Source of the DNA: Lytechinus pictus
Lineage: Eukaryota
DNA: 64,000 bases
Assembly: GCF_037042905.1 (NCBI RefSeq)
Contig: NC_087251.1
Coordinates: forward strand, 41,604,001-41,668,000
Direction of reading: 5' to 3'
Each line of letters begins with the position of its first letter. The stretch's first letter is position 1. Below are positions 25,106 through 37,410 of this stretch, piece by piece. The notes beneath the pieces were generated by a model. That model ran no database searches. It was not told where the DNA came from and saw nothing but the letters and a program-made list of their open reading frames with translations. A program made the translations under genes and the position numbers.

Positions 25106-28100
25106 CACGAAAACAAATCATTGTTTCTATATGTGAGTGTGCGTCTGTTTAATAAACCTTATAAGGGTTATGAATCAACCACCAATTTTTAGTCTTTGGT
25201 TGGTTACCTTAAATACCTTCACAAAGCTCTTTGAATATTTATCTGCATGATATGTGATCAATGTGAACAATTAAAGTCGAATTTTGACCACCACAAACCT
25301 CGCGTTTTATTACTTAAGACTTTTTGTTAAAAAGTTTATATTACTTCCCGTTAATGGACACCCTCCTGTGAATTTGCAACTTTCGTTGAAAGATGTATGG
25401 CCTACTACATAATTACACGCAGATGTGCCGCCTCTGTTATACACGTGGCGTCATCTTGAAATGCCATTCTTCTCCTTAACTTTCAAAATGCTGTACACGG
25501 AGGCGAGCCTCAAATCTTTTCCTCATGAATGCCGTTCTTCTCGTTACATTTGAACTTGTAATATTCAATAAAACATCGTGGGTTGATTTGTCCGACTGTT
25601 AGAAGCTCCATAATCTAGCAATTAGCCATACTTTGAGGTACCTAGACCCTATGCATAACAGCGGGTGGTGCTAATCATTGCTGGGCGCCATTTCTATTTC
25701 CTAATGCACACTGAGTGCTTTTTTACCGACATTTCTTCTTCTCTTTACCAAAACTTTCCTCTCACGTTTCCCTTTTAAAAATGTCATTTATCTCTCATTC
25801 CTTCTTCCCACATAAATGCACATCCCCCACACACACTCACCCTACGAGTCTTTTTTTCTCTTCTTCTTTTCGTATTTTTTTCGTCGTTCTTAATATCTTG
25901 CATTACCATCAATATCATCAAGTTGAGTTGTTTTGCATGTTGACCTCATTCATCTATTGCCTTCTCTCTCCATCCTCCGTCCATCAATTCAAACTATTTC
26001 ATCTCTTTACCTTCTCTATTAATCATCTTTTACATCGAACTTACCTTTTTCTTATCTTACGAAGATATCTTATCTTATTTCCTGATATTCTATAAATAAA
26101 TCAATCAATGGCAATTTTCAAAAACTAATTTTGTCATATACCCATCTTTCTTTCCAGATTCTTACCTAATTCTAAAATCTTCGCAACCCCATACAACAAT
26201 TCAATTTTTTAAATATTTTTCGTTTCTCTTCTCGCATCATATTCTGCTATCTTTCTCTCTACCTCACATACACACACGCACCCCATTTCCTCACGCATAC
26301 ATACGCACACATACCCACGCTTACACAACCCAGTCTCTCAAACGATATAATTCTCACACACTTACCATCGTGCACTGCCTCGTGTACTTTCACACATACA
26401 CACATCAATTCTCTCGTACACTCTCACACATGCACGCACTCACGCTTATACGCGTGAACCACACACACACACTTACGCACACCCTCACGCACATTTACTC
26501 ACACTCTATCACACACACATCTTCATCTACTCCCACACCTTCACCCACACGCACTCCTTACTCTTTCTCTCTCTTTCCTTCTCTGATCCACTTTCCCTCT
26601 TTTCTGAACCCCTTTCTTTCCCTCTTTATCTGTTACTTCCCAAATTTCCTTCCGCTTTTTTCCACATTTGCCTTTCCCACTATCACGCCTACAGAGAAAC
26701 AGAGTCATATTTTCCATTTTGTCATTTTCCCCCCTTTTTTATGTCTTTCTTTCTTTTTTTTTTACTCCATCATACATTCACAATGGTTTAAAAGCCTGAC
26801 GGGATCTGGTGGATTTGTGGCCATTAGTGGCGGTATTTTGTCAATCTGTTACAGAAAGCCACCCGTGGACGTAGTGAAAAGCTGGAATTGATGTACATTG
26901 TTCCGACACGGTACTCTAAAAAGTCACCTTCGGGTTATTGCAGTAATGCAAGGCAAGACGACTTCAGTATGAATATTTTAAATAGTAATTTACAAGGGAA
27001 GGAGAAAGAATCTAAAGATAAAACTATTGTGCCTTCGAATTACTGTGCAGACTGGTGGTCTATTACACCGCTGCTTCTTTCGACTCGAGCTTTAAAAAAA
27101 AATATGTGTAAACTGCTTTCTCGTCTTTCTGTCGCTTTCTTGAAACGGCTTTAAGTAGAAATCGCAATGGAGTGTGAGTAATAGGTTACCGCGATGAAAT
27201 ATATCATAAAAATATTCATATTTACGTAGATATTATCAGCCAGTAGTCGAATATAATTCTTGACAATTCTTATTCACAAAAAAATACGCAAGACAGCAAC
27301 TTTGAATATGATTGAAAATTCAATAACTGGTCATGCTGATTCAGTTACTAATTTAATCATAATTGTCATCTATTAGGTCAGACAGGAATGACTTCATTAG
27401 CCAATTAGTCATTTATTTATGGAGATATAAATATTTCGCGATAGAGATACCTGCATACCGTTAATAATTATTCTGTCAGGCATGGTCACAGTGAATTAAA
27501 AGCCAACGCGCTGGGTAAGTGGACGAATTGGACAATCCTTGATTATTCTATCGTCTTTAAAGATAGTTAATGACTTTCATTTTGTCGGGTATTGTTGATT
27601 ATACACTAGAATGAGAAACAGTAATACCTCTCATTCCGCCAAAAGTAATTTGTTCCTACTTTTTAAAAGTCAGTTCTCTCCTTTAAAGAAATGAATCTAA
27701 ATGTCGGTTTCATCTTGCATTGATCTTAGACGCATCAAAAAAATTAATATAAAACAAGGTTATGTAATATAAATTTATGTAATGAGCACCCTTTACATTT
27801 ATTTATGAAAAAAAAATTATTTAAGTTATATTTACATATTTTTAATGAATGTATTCTCTACCATACATACTTATTAGTTCTTTCTTCTGTTATGGGATTG
27901 CGATTATTCTAGAGCACTTTGCAAATTTATTTTACATAGCATATAGATTCGAATTTAGCACTATATAGCGCGGAACGCTTCCAGCAAACCAATAACCTGC
28001 CGTGTGAGGCCTGTAATTGATTGTGTCAAATTATTTGATTTACAAAACTGTCATATGCAAAAATATGTTACAGTATTCAGTAAAATTTTTTCTTCATTTT

Positions 28101-30115
28101 TCTTTGACATTCATCCATACACTCCCTCTCTTCTATTTTCCTTGATTTTCTTTGCTTATTTCATTGTATTGTTTTTACTTCTTTCATTATTTCTGTCATT
28201 CGTGTACAAAGAGTGCTAACATGTACCCCTTGGTCCGTTATATAACAACCTTGTATCTGGAATTCCATCGCCTTTCCATTGACCTTCTGATGACAATACA
28301 AATACAACAACGATTAAGAATATTCTACATGAGAGAAGGAGAGAGAGGGGGATAAATAGTAGTGGCATGTTGGGAAAAATGGCAGACTTAAATTGAAGTT
28401 TAATCTTTCCATATGAATTATTTCTATTGAGACTACCATTTCCATAAAAAAAACTAAAATCAATCTATGTAACGTCTTTTTTAATCATAAACCAGGCTGC
28501 TTTTCACTGCATACAGATTATGTTTTTTTTTCTGTCAAAAGAAATAACATTTACCTTACATTGCATTTAGAATTCAGCAATGTATAAAGCAAAATATTGT
28601 TATAATAACCTCAATTTTTCTAATTAAATTTCAATTTGATTTCAATTTCAATAACTTTAACCATTTCATCGCAACTGAGTCATGTTTTTTCTCAGTCAAA
28701 TTCCATTTTCTTCAATCATTTATTGTTCTATCACAAAATGAGGGTCAAAGAAATTAGAAGCCAGCAAGAAGAAAAGAAACCACTTGCTAATGAGATCAGG
28801 GTGTTACTGATACCGAAGGCAATGCTTCTAGAGTGTCTCCGTTCTGAATGGAAGCGACTCGGCTAGGAGGTGAGAAGCTGGTTGTTTGTTTCGATATGAA
28901 AAAAAAAAAAGAGAATCAGGATATACATGTGAGAAATGTGAGGAAAATATGAGTTAATGGAAGATGGATTTTAAGAACAAGGAAGACAACGCCACAGTGT
29001 TGCATTATGGAGTAAATACAACTGAATCAATCAGGAACCGAGCGGTAAAGATTCGCGACCGGACTCTGGATACACCATTTTACGTTTACATTTATGCTAT
29101 TGTATTTGTTATACATTCATGAAGTTCGAACAAAGCTAATGTAACAAGTGTGAGCCTGTCCGATATTACATGTTTGAACAGCTATCATATTTCAGAGACT
29201 TATTTCTGATATTTTCTTTACATGGAAAACAAGAAAAAAAAATCAATACCGTCTTCTTGCTTTTTTCCAATGCAAAATTTTAAGTGATCTTCCTATATTG
29301 GTTTTTCGCTCACAAACTTTGGCTATGAACACTTAGAAGTATATAAGCGCACCGTAACAACATCTTGCCGTATCAAACTTAGACCAGAATAAAACCAACA
29401 CGAGCCATTCTTCATATCTCCTACAAGATATTGCGTGTGGATATGTAAACCTTATCTGGTTGCATGTGCGGTGCAGTGGTATTTATTTTTCTCTCTCCTT
29501 GCCGCGCCACTTATCTACAGGATTAATACAATCCTTTTAGCAAACCTTTCCACTATCTTGGAAAGGGACACACCTGGCTCTGCATTCCACATTCAACACT
29601 TCGTCTCTGTTATCTAATTAATGCACTGAACACTGAATGGTTGGATTTCCATCACATGACATGCGTATATTTTGTTATATTGCACGATCGTGAGATATAA
29701 CTTCAATGTCCGAACGTATGAATAATCCCGCATACGACATACGAAATTAAATTTAATTACTTTTGTTTTTATAAATGATGTTTCATGCCCAAGATTTATA
29801 ATGAGAGGAATATTAATTTACATATCTTTCTCTAGGTGAAAGAGAAAAAAACAATACATAACTTTCTCAAGATTATCATTTTATAAATTCCAGAAAACTT
29901 TATTGTATTGAAAAATTAATATTTCTTTACTTCAACATTTAAATTTTTGTTTTATTCAATTTGTAAATGTCACATTGTTCTACGAAAGCGAATTTTGAAT
30001 AAAAAAAACATTCCTCGTGTGGTTAATTTCACATTGAACTTCGGCCTCGGTGTAACAAAACTCTATATACTTGAAATAATATAGTGATGTATGTGATTAA
30101 TATAACAAAAAGAGA

Positions 30116-30338
30116 CATACACCCACTTCTTTGAGAACTGACAATCTCCGACAGAATTTGAAATCTATAATATAAAATATGCAAAATAATTGAAAAGCGA
30201 AAAGAAGAGAGAAACTTATGAACGTCATACACCCACTTTTTTGAGAACTGACAATCTCCGACAGAGTTTGAAATCTATAATATAAAATATGCAAAATAAT
30301 TGAAAAGCGAAAAGAAGAGAGAAACTTATGAACGTCAT
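30116..30338. repeat. Tandem duplication, 2 x 110 bp, nearly identical
   Basis: CATACACCCACTT...GAAACTTATGAACGT starts at 30116 and again at 30226. Confidence 0.92.
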
Positions 30339-31177
30339 TGCATTTGCATCGACTTCTTTTATTTCATATTAAATCCTGAAAGTGATATACTAGTAATATT
30401 GAATCCAGGAATTATGTTGTACTTTTATGTTGTAAAGGTATTTTCGAAGGGCAGGGACGTTTTGATGCCTAAAGAAATTATATCTAAAAGATTCTAGTTT
30501 TTGGATGAATTTCTGATGCACGTAATTATTGTCAGAAAAATAAGAATTATTGTTCTTATCCATTCAATCCCTTAAAGAATGTTGCACTCAGACTGCCGGG
30601 AGATCATCTTCACCTAGAACGAGGGAAATACAGATAATACCTGTTGTTTTCCGGAGAGTATTATCCCCTAAAAGCACAAAGATTATACCTGAATTCTTTG
30701 TTTTGCCGATGATAATCTATGGATAATCATGCCCTGTTTCATTTTTATCTAGTTACCCGACCAAACTGTTTTCCAACAATATTTTGTAGAACTTTTAAAC
30801 GAAATTATTTTTTCACGTCTTGTTAACCATTTTTTATGAATTTGACATTTTAGATTTTTTATTCGGGTTCCAAAACACAATTCTTTTAAGATTTGAAGTT
30901 GCAAACTTATTGTAGTATAACTTTGATTCCAGCTATTAACGGCGATTGCAATTTCCAAGAAATACATTTATGCCTACATTTCTGGACAGTTTCAATTATC
31001 ATTGAACGATATCAAAGTATCATTTCATGCAATATTTTTTGTCATATAATTTCTAGAACTGCCATATTTGTATGGCATATTCTATTGTAAGATTATATTA
31101 TGTTGTGTTATAACACGATATATATTTCTTATGTGGAATTACACAATGCGACATGCGCTTATTTTTATAAACACATA

Positions 31178-31459
31178 GGCCCGTATTCTGAAGTCAGGTT
31201 TAACTTAGACCACGGTCTAACTCTATGCTAAAATTATTGGGAGCCAAAATTTCCAAAATTCTGTTTATTTTTTATATTTCTTATGTTTACTATTTCGTTT
31301 TCTTTTGATTTCATAATAAATAAAAATACTTCAGTTATCATTCCCAGACAATTATGAACAATTTGAGTGTCAAATTTTTTAATAAAGTGGATTTGTACTG
31401 TTAGGGATTTGTGCCCCAATTGGCTGTTCATAGCTAAACCACAACTTAATACCAGGGCC
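31178..31459. mobile_element. MITE with GGCCC termini
   Basis: Imperfect TIRs GGCCCGTATTCTGAAGTCAGGTTTA / TAAACCACAACTTAATACCAGGGCC. Confidence 0.55.
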
Positions 31460-34204
31460 ATAGAGAGAGAACGTATAGCATCTTTATATTTCGAATTAAA
31501 TTCGGCATGATCCATGTGAAACGTATTAAGAAATCAAACAAATTAATCTCAAACGTAATAAGGTAATTTTTGTCGTGATTGTTTTCGAAGGGGTTTTAAG
31601 GGAGTCATACGGTATAGGGTTAGGGTTAAATGGACAATGAACTAATTCCATAAAGCTTCCATAACCTTTAACGATAAATATTCATGACACCCTTTTCATT
31701 GATTTCAGATACTGCCTTTTGAAAACTGACTGTAATGATAGGCCTACATGTGAGAAAGATATATCCTGGAACCCATCTAACACTAAAAATGACAAACCGT
31801 CTCTGTCTATAGGGCTGTATATATTCCCTTAAGATGATTTAAGAGGGATGCTGCTATATCATTCATTGGTATCGAGATGACTGAGACCTTTTATTTCATG
31901 TTAACTCTTTTTGAGAGACGTTGGACAATCACGGCATACCGCAGGCTAATTTTTGTGAGAACTTGCACACAAAAAAGTACTCTCGTATCATGCATTATTT
32001 CCGCCTTCGACAGGAATAAAACAGGAAAATGACTAGTATACATTTCCCGAGTATTCTCCCCAGGGATAAACTCTGTATAAAGTACGACATCGATTCATCG
32101 TCTTGAGATGCGTCTCTCCATCTTTCTCCTCCTCCTCCTCCTTCTCCTCCTATTCTGGCATGCCTAAAGAAAACACTCACCACGGAAGAGAAAAGACAAG
32201 AAGTATCTTCGGCCGTATAGATGGAAAGCATGAGTGCGAGATCTTATCGCTGTTCCCTCGGGAGTCGCCGGCCAGCAGCGCCATGATAGAGCTGTTCACT
32301 TCTGTCTCGAAGACAAGACGTGAAAAGAGATGGAGAAATGGGGGAGTTGAGAAAGCAACTAAAGGAGAGAGAGTGAGAGAGAGAATAATATTGAACGATG
32401 ATCAGAGTAAGATATAAAGTGACCGCGGGAAAATACATAAATAGAGACACACAGTCGAAATAGAAATTGAAAAGTAAGAAGGAGGAAATAAATTGAATGG
32501 TTTTGTGGGGTTGAGAGAGAACAAAATATTCTTAAGTCAAGCAGTGGATGTTGGTAAATAATAGTGTGAGCTTTTAGCGAATCTTAAAATGGTGAGTCAA
32601 AGAATACAGCCATCAGAACATGTTTGGTAAAAGGTTGTTATTTACTTGTCTCTTCATGCGAATATAATTGGACACTCTTTTTTACCAGGTCAGTTTTATG
32701 TGCTATACATCGATAAAAATTATAGAAATTGATAAGTCGATGTTTTCATTTTTTGCACGTAGGGAATGCTATATGTCTTATAATGGAATATAATGCTGTT
32801 CGTGGCGTGTTTTTTTGCTTTCTTCAAATGCTGATTACTATTCAACATATTTCATTTTTTGTAGAAATAGGTAGGAGACCATTATAAATCTTAAGAGCGA
32901 GAGAGAGATTTATTCCTAATCTTATTTTTATAAGACCAATTCCACCACTCTTGATAAAATGCACCTCATTCAAGTGATATCTAATGCTAGAACTATTGCT
33001 CTTTTATTAAAATAACGAGTAATATTTTTATTTCAAGAAATCATTACCGATGTTTACTACTAGTCAATAATACCCTCCGCTTATCATTCTCTCTCGTACG
33101 TCTTATGCCATATTTTAATCTTCAATCACCTTGTTCTTTTAGTTTCTTCAATATGAAATCATATCAAATGGCTTTTACATGTTTATTACATCTTTAAAGA
33201 AACACATTATCAAATATTTTCTATACTTTTGAATGATATTTCAATTTGCATTGTAAATACCACCTTGGTGAACATGATGAAATGAGTTGAAAATCCATCT
33301 TTCGCTAAGATGACGTGTTTTTTTCCAAATAAATCAGTCCTATATCTATCCATTTAATTTCATTAAAGAACTGATCTATTTATTTGAATAACAATCTTCT
33401 GTGTTGTATTGATTTAATTCGCTTGAATCTATTCAATTTATTTCCATTTCGTTGAAAAGAAAAAAATGAAATGGAAATGTGGTTAAGTCTTAAATACCAG
33501 AGCATGGTCATTCAATGGCGAGTGAATATAACCAGTGTGACAGACTACAGAAGTGTGACGTCACGTCCAAACATCCAATGGTATAACTTGTTCAATAAAT
33601 TTTCAAATGATCCAAATATCTCAGACAGCGATAGACACCGACACCGACCCAACCTCGGTGCAATCATGGAGGTAGATGCGCAATGTTTCGTTTGGAACCC
33701 GTACTATGTTGTAACCATGGTGATACAAAAATTAAACGATGTCGCTGTGTAACGTATACGAAATCTAATCGCTTTCTAATGATTGTTTCCTACATATCTA
33801 CAGCGAATTATTTAACTTTTTTATCATTGCGCTTGTTACATACTCAGATTGCAGATACCTACATCTGAATGTATACCTTGATCTGGTTTGAAGTGAATAT
33901 TTACATGGGGTTTTTGTTGTTATAATACCCTAGCAACCATCGTTAAAATCTGAAAAACACATATATTCAGCAGAAACATTCATTGCTTAATCACATGAAG
34001 AGAATGTTTGTAAACAAAGTCTTCTTACACCATAACATGACCTTAAAATGACTTCCTAAATCCACAGATCGGAAACAGAATGCATGTTTGAACATCGACT
34101 AATTCGGATTTAGCATCCGTAATGACATTGTCATTAGAATTAGTATACATTTGTTTAGCTATAATCAATGAGCGGGGGTTATTTTGGAGGAGGAGTTGGA
34201 GGGG

Positions 34205-34310
34205 GGAAGTATTGGCTAAGCAAAAACGATCGGCTTTAACCAGGGAAAGCAGATTATAAACTCGAAGGAGTAATCGGCCAAGGAGTGACTGTGTATATGC
34301 CGCCATGGTC
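34205..34310 (+). promoter_or_regulatory. Candidate Pol II core promoter (reverse CCAAT, TATA, initiator-like AGT)
   Basis: ATTGG 34211-34215, TATAAA 34255-34260, GGAGTG with A at 34284 (29 nt after TATA start), then a CpG-rich segment. Confidence 0.55.
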
Positions 34311-35689
34311 TCTTCATCGCCGCTCGAGCAGCCCGCTGAAGCAAACTTCAAAATCTACCCAAGCACGCACTGTTAGCGAGGCTACCGTTACTTATAGGGT
34401 ATTCATTTTGCCTGAAAACTGTTGCCGCTTTTTTTTCAACATCTCCCTATCCTGTGTATGTATAGTCCCGTCTGTTTTAGCGACTGTTAGCACTAAGCGC
34501 ATTAACCGGGATTGTGATGAAGATTTCTAACCGTGATTTACCGAAGATAATCGCATCAGAGAATTGTTACAATTATCGATATTACCACGCACCATGGAGT
34601 GATATTTGGGTGTTTTGGTTTGATTTGATTTATGTAGCTCTGAATTCAGCGTATGGAAATTTTTGAAATACAGAGAAAGCCAATTTTAGATTAACCAATA
34701 TTCATTGATTAACATTGAGGATTAACCATAGCACAACCTTCGATTCTTGTGTATTTATTTGTATTAATGAATTACACTTTTAACGAAATCGAATGTTGTG
34801 AAATCCTCGCAATTCACCATAAACCATAAAAATTTGTCCCATGGGATGTTTAAGATGAAACCAGTTCCTGAATTATTGTATGGGTTATGATTTAATTCCT
34901 GTTTGTAAAGTGTTAATTTTGTATTCATCAGTCTCGTATCATGGTCATACGCAGCGGGGATGGTGTGCAGTTCCACACCCCTCCCCCTCAAATTTGGAAA
35001 AATTAACATTTTACTAAAAAATTTCACAAAATTCACCCAAATTGTGCCATGAGATCTTTCTATTTATCTTTAGAAGATGCAAAATCACCCCTATGACAAA
35101 CTGTCACTTCGTTTTCTTGCCTTTGAGTTTCTTCCCAAAAATACGCTTCTTGCCCCCCCCCCCCCGCCCGCAAAAAAAAATTATCATACGTCCATGTCTA
35201 TAATTATGTAGGGAAAATGTGAACGAATGATAACCTCGTATAGTCGTCAATAGCGAGTAACTTAACAAACAGAAAATAGCCGTTGTGATTCTATCTTTGT
35301 CTGATATTGAATAAACAAACAAGACATTGATAAATGAAAAGTTTTATGTGCACACTCTCTAAATCTGGAATAAAAAGAGAACTATGATAATGCTATATCA
35401 GGATTTCATCTTGATACTAATATTCTTACGCGATGTCGAGATTATTTCTATGGCCATGACCTTGCCATTCTGTAGTAAAAAAAAATAATGCAATGTAAAT
35501 TCAATTTTGATTTGATCTCGAATCATAAATATGTTCCGTGAAAATGATTCTAGTTCATTGCCTATTCGGTAGCATAAATACGTTGTGATTCATGAGTCTT
35601 TTTATTTTAAACCATTTGAACATGTTGAATAATAGATTGTAAATGAGACTCTACAGACAAAGTAAGAATTTTTAATGATATAGCCTATA

Positions 35690-35720
35690 CATATATATAT
35701 ATATATAGTGTATATATATA

Positions 35721-35778
<58 letters not shown>
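35690..35778. repeat. (TA)n microsatellite
   Basis: Direct inspection. Confidence 0.95.
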
Positions 35779-35780
<2 letters not shown>

Positions 35781-37149
35781 TTAAAAATGACTGAATCTTT
35801 CTCAAAGATACAGGTAACAGCTACTGACACTGGAAAAAAAAAGGAAATCAGTTTTTTTTTTACTGCTATATGTTGCCGTTTTGTCATAGTTTATACCAAG
35901 GAAGTGGGAGGTTTGAATTCCAAATCGTAAAATATTCATAGTTTTTCCTCATGCGATACATCAGGAAAACCCTTTTCGGGCGAAGTATGTCTCAATTCTG
36001 CAGCGGCTTTTAATGACAGCGTATATGGCTAGGGATTATATGGCTTTTACGAGGGATTAGAGGTATATGAATATCAAAAAGGTGCCTATTTTATATGCAA
36101 ATGACGGAAAATTATTTCACTCTTCCACCAAGAAACCCAAGGTAGTACGTAGAGAGAGGGAGATTTCAACAGGCTTTCCTGTGTCTTCTGTTTTTCTATC
36201 ATTGTGGGCTTATTAGAGACAGCCACGCCGATGCGGTAAGAATAGATTTTTTGCAAACAATTTTACAGCGACTTTACAACTGCCTTACACTAACATACAT
36301 GGATTTGCATGTAATTTGCTATGGGCAATATTTCTAAATCTCTTTATTCTAGCACCGACTATTCACTCTATAATGGTGACAGAAAATGTTGGTAAATATT
36401 CATGAACACGACAACCAAATCAAACTGAGTGCATTGAATTTTTATCATTAAGACTGTATGATGATATCACATCTCCAAACTGATTTCATTCATTATTTGC
36501 CATTTTGAAGAACATTGCATCCAACATAAACAAGTCCGAAATAAATTTTAAATCAAATGTCGAAAATGCAAAAGGATTTCTAAAACATTTACCTTGCATG
36601 CTTCATTCCCATCGTAATGTGTAAAAAAAAAATGCTTCATTTGGATTTTTGAATTACGTAAAATGGAAAAAAGGTTCATCAAATAAACATACAAATTCGT
36701 ATACAAAGTATTCACATCACAGAATAAGTATAATTTCATTTGTATTCATGTTTAAAGAATAAGAAAAAATGAGAGTGGTGAACAAGAAAAATGAATTATA
36801 GATAGAAAAATAACATGATAAAATAAGGAGAAAATGCATAAGCATACGCACACACCCTCACACACGCACCCAAACAGAAAAACACTAATGATCCTGCAAA
36901 AAATGTACAAATTAAACAATAATTGAGGAAATATAACTACTACGAAAGAGGAAACCAAACCAAGAGTGCGGCGAAAACATACATGTAATATTAAAATTAT
37001 ATCTGTATATTTAGAATTATATTACCTCATGCATTCAAACAATAGCTCACATATAGATAAGGTAAGGTAAAATCGGGGAGAAACGTAAAATCAGGAGAGT
37101 GGATTTTTAGGAGAACAAAAAAATGAATTGTTGAAAGATATATTGGATG

Positions 37150-37410
37150 TCTATAATTGAGTATTTTAAAAATTGACAGTTGGGTTACAAGTACTTGTTC
37201 CAGTCATGAAATATAAGTTGTAGAACTCAAAATTTAGTGTATTTATTAACATGTCGAGAGCAGTGTGAAAGAAATATATTTGAAGCGTCGGCAAATGTGG
37301 AAAAAAATGATAAAGTGCAGTTGAAGAAATGCAGCCGTCATTAATGTAAATTTTACACAATAATGGCCCAAACGTGTTACCCTGTGGAACGCCTCAATTG
37401 ATATCTACCT
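37150..37410 (-). mobile_element. Decayed non-LTR retrotransposon reverse transcriptase fragment (CR1/L2-like)
   Basis: Minus strand reads GVPQGNTFGPLLCKIYIND (cf. GVPQGSVLGPLLFLIYIND), then FADASNIF after a frameshift (cf. FADDT). In-frame stop just upstream. Confidence 0.8.

Noticed and set aside
25715..26891. 126-aa and 173-aa ORFs
   Set aside because: They arise from CT- and CA-rich low-complexity sequence with non-ATG starts and biased F/S/H/T content.
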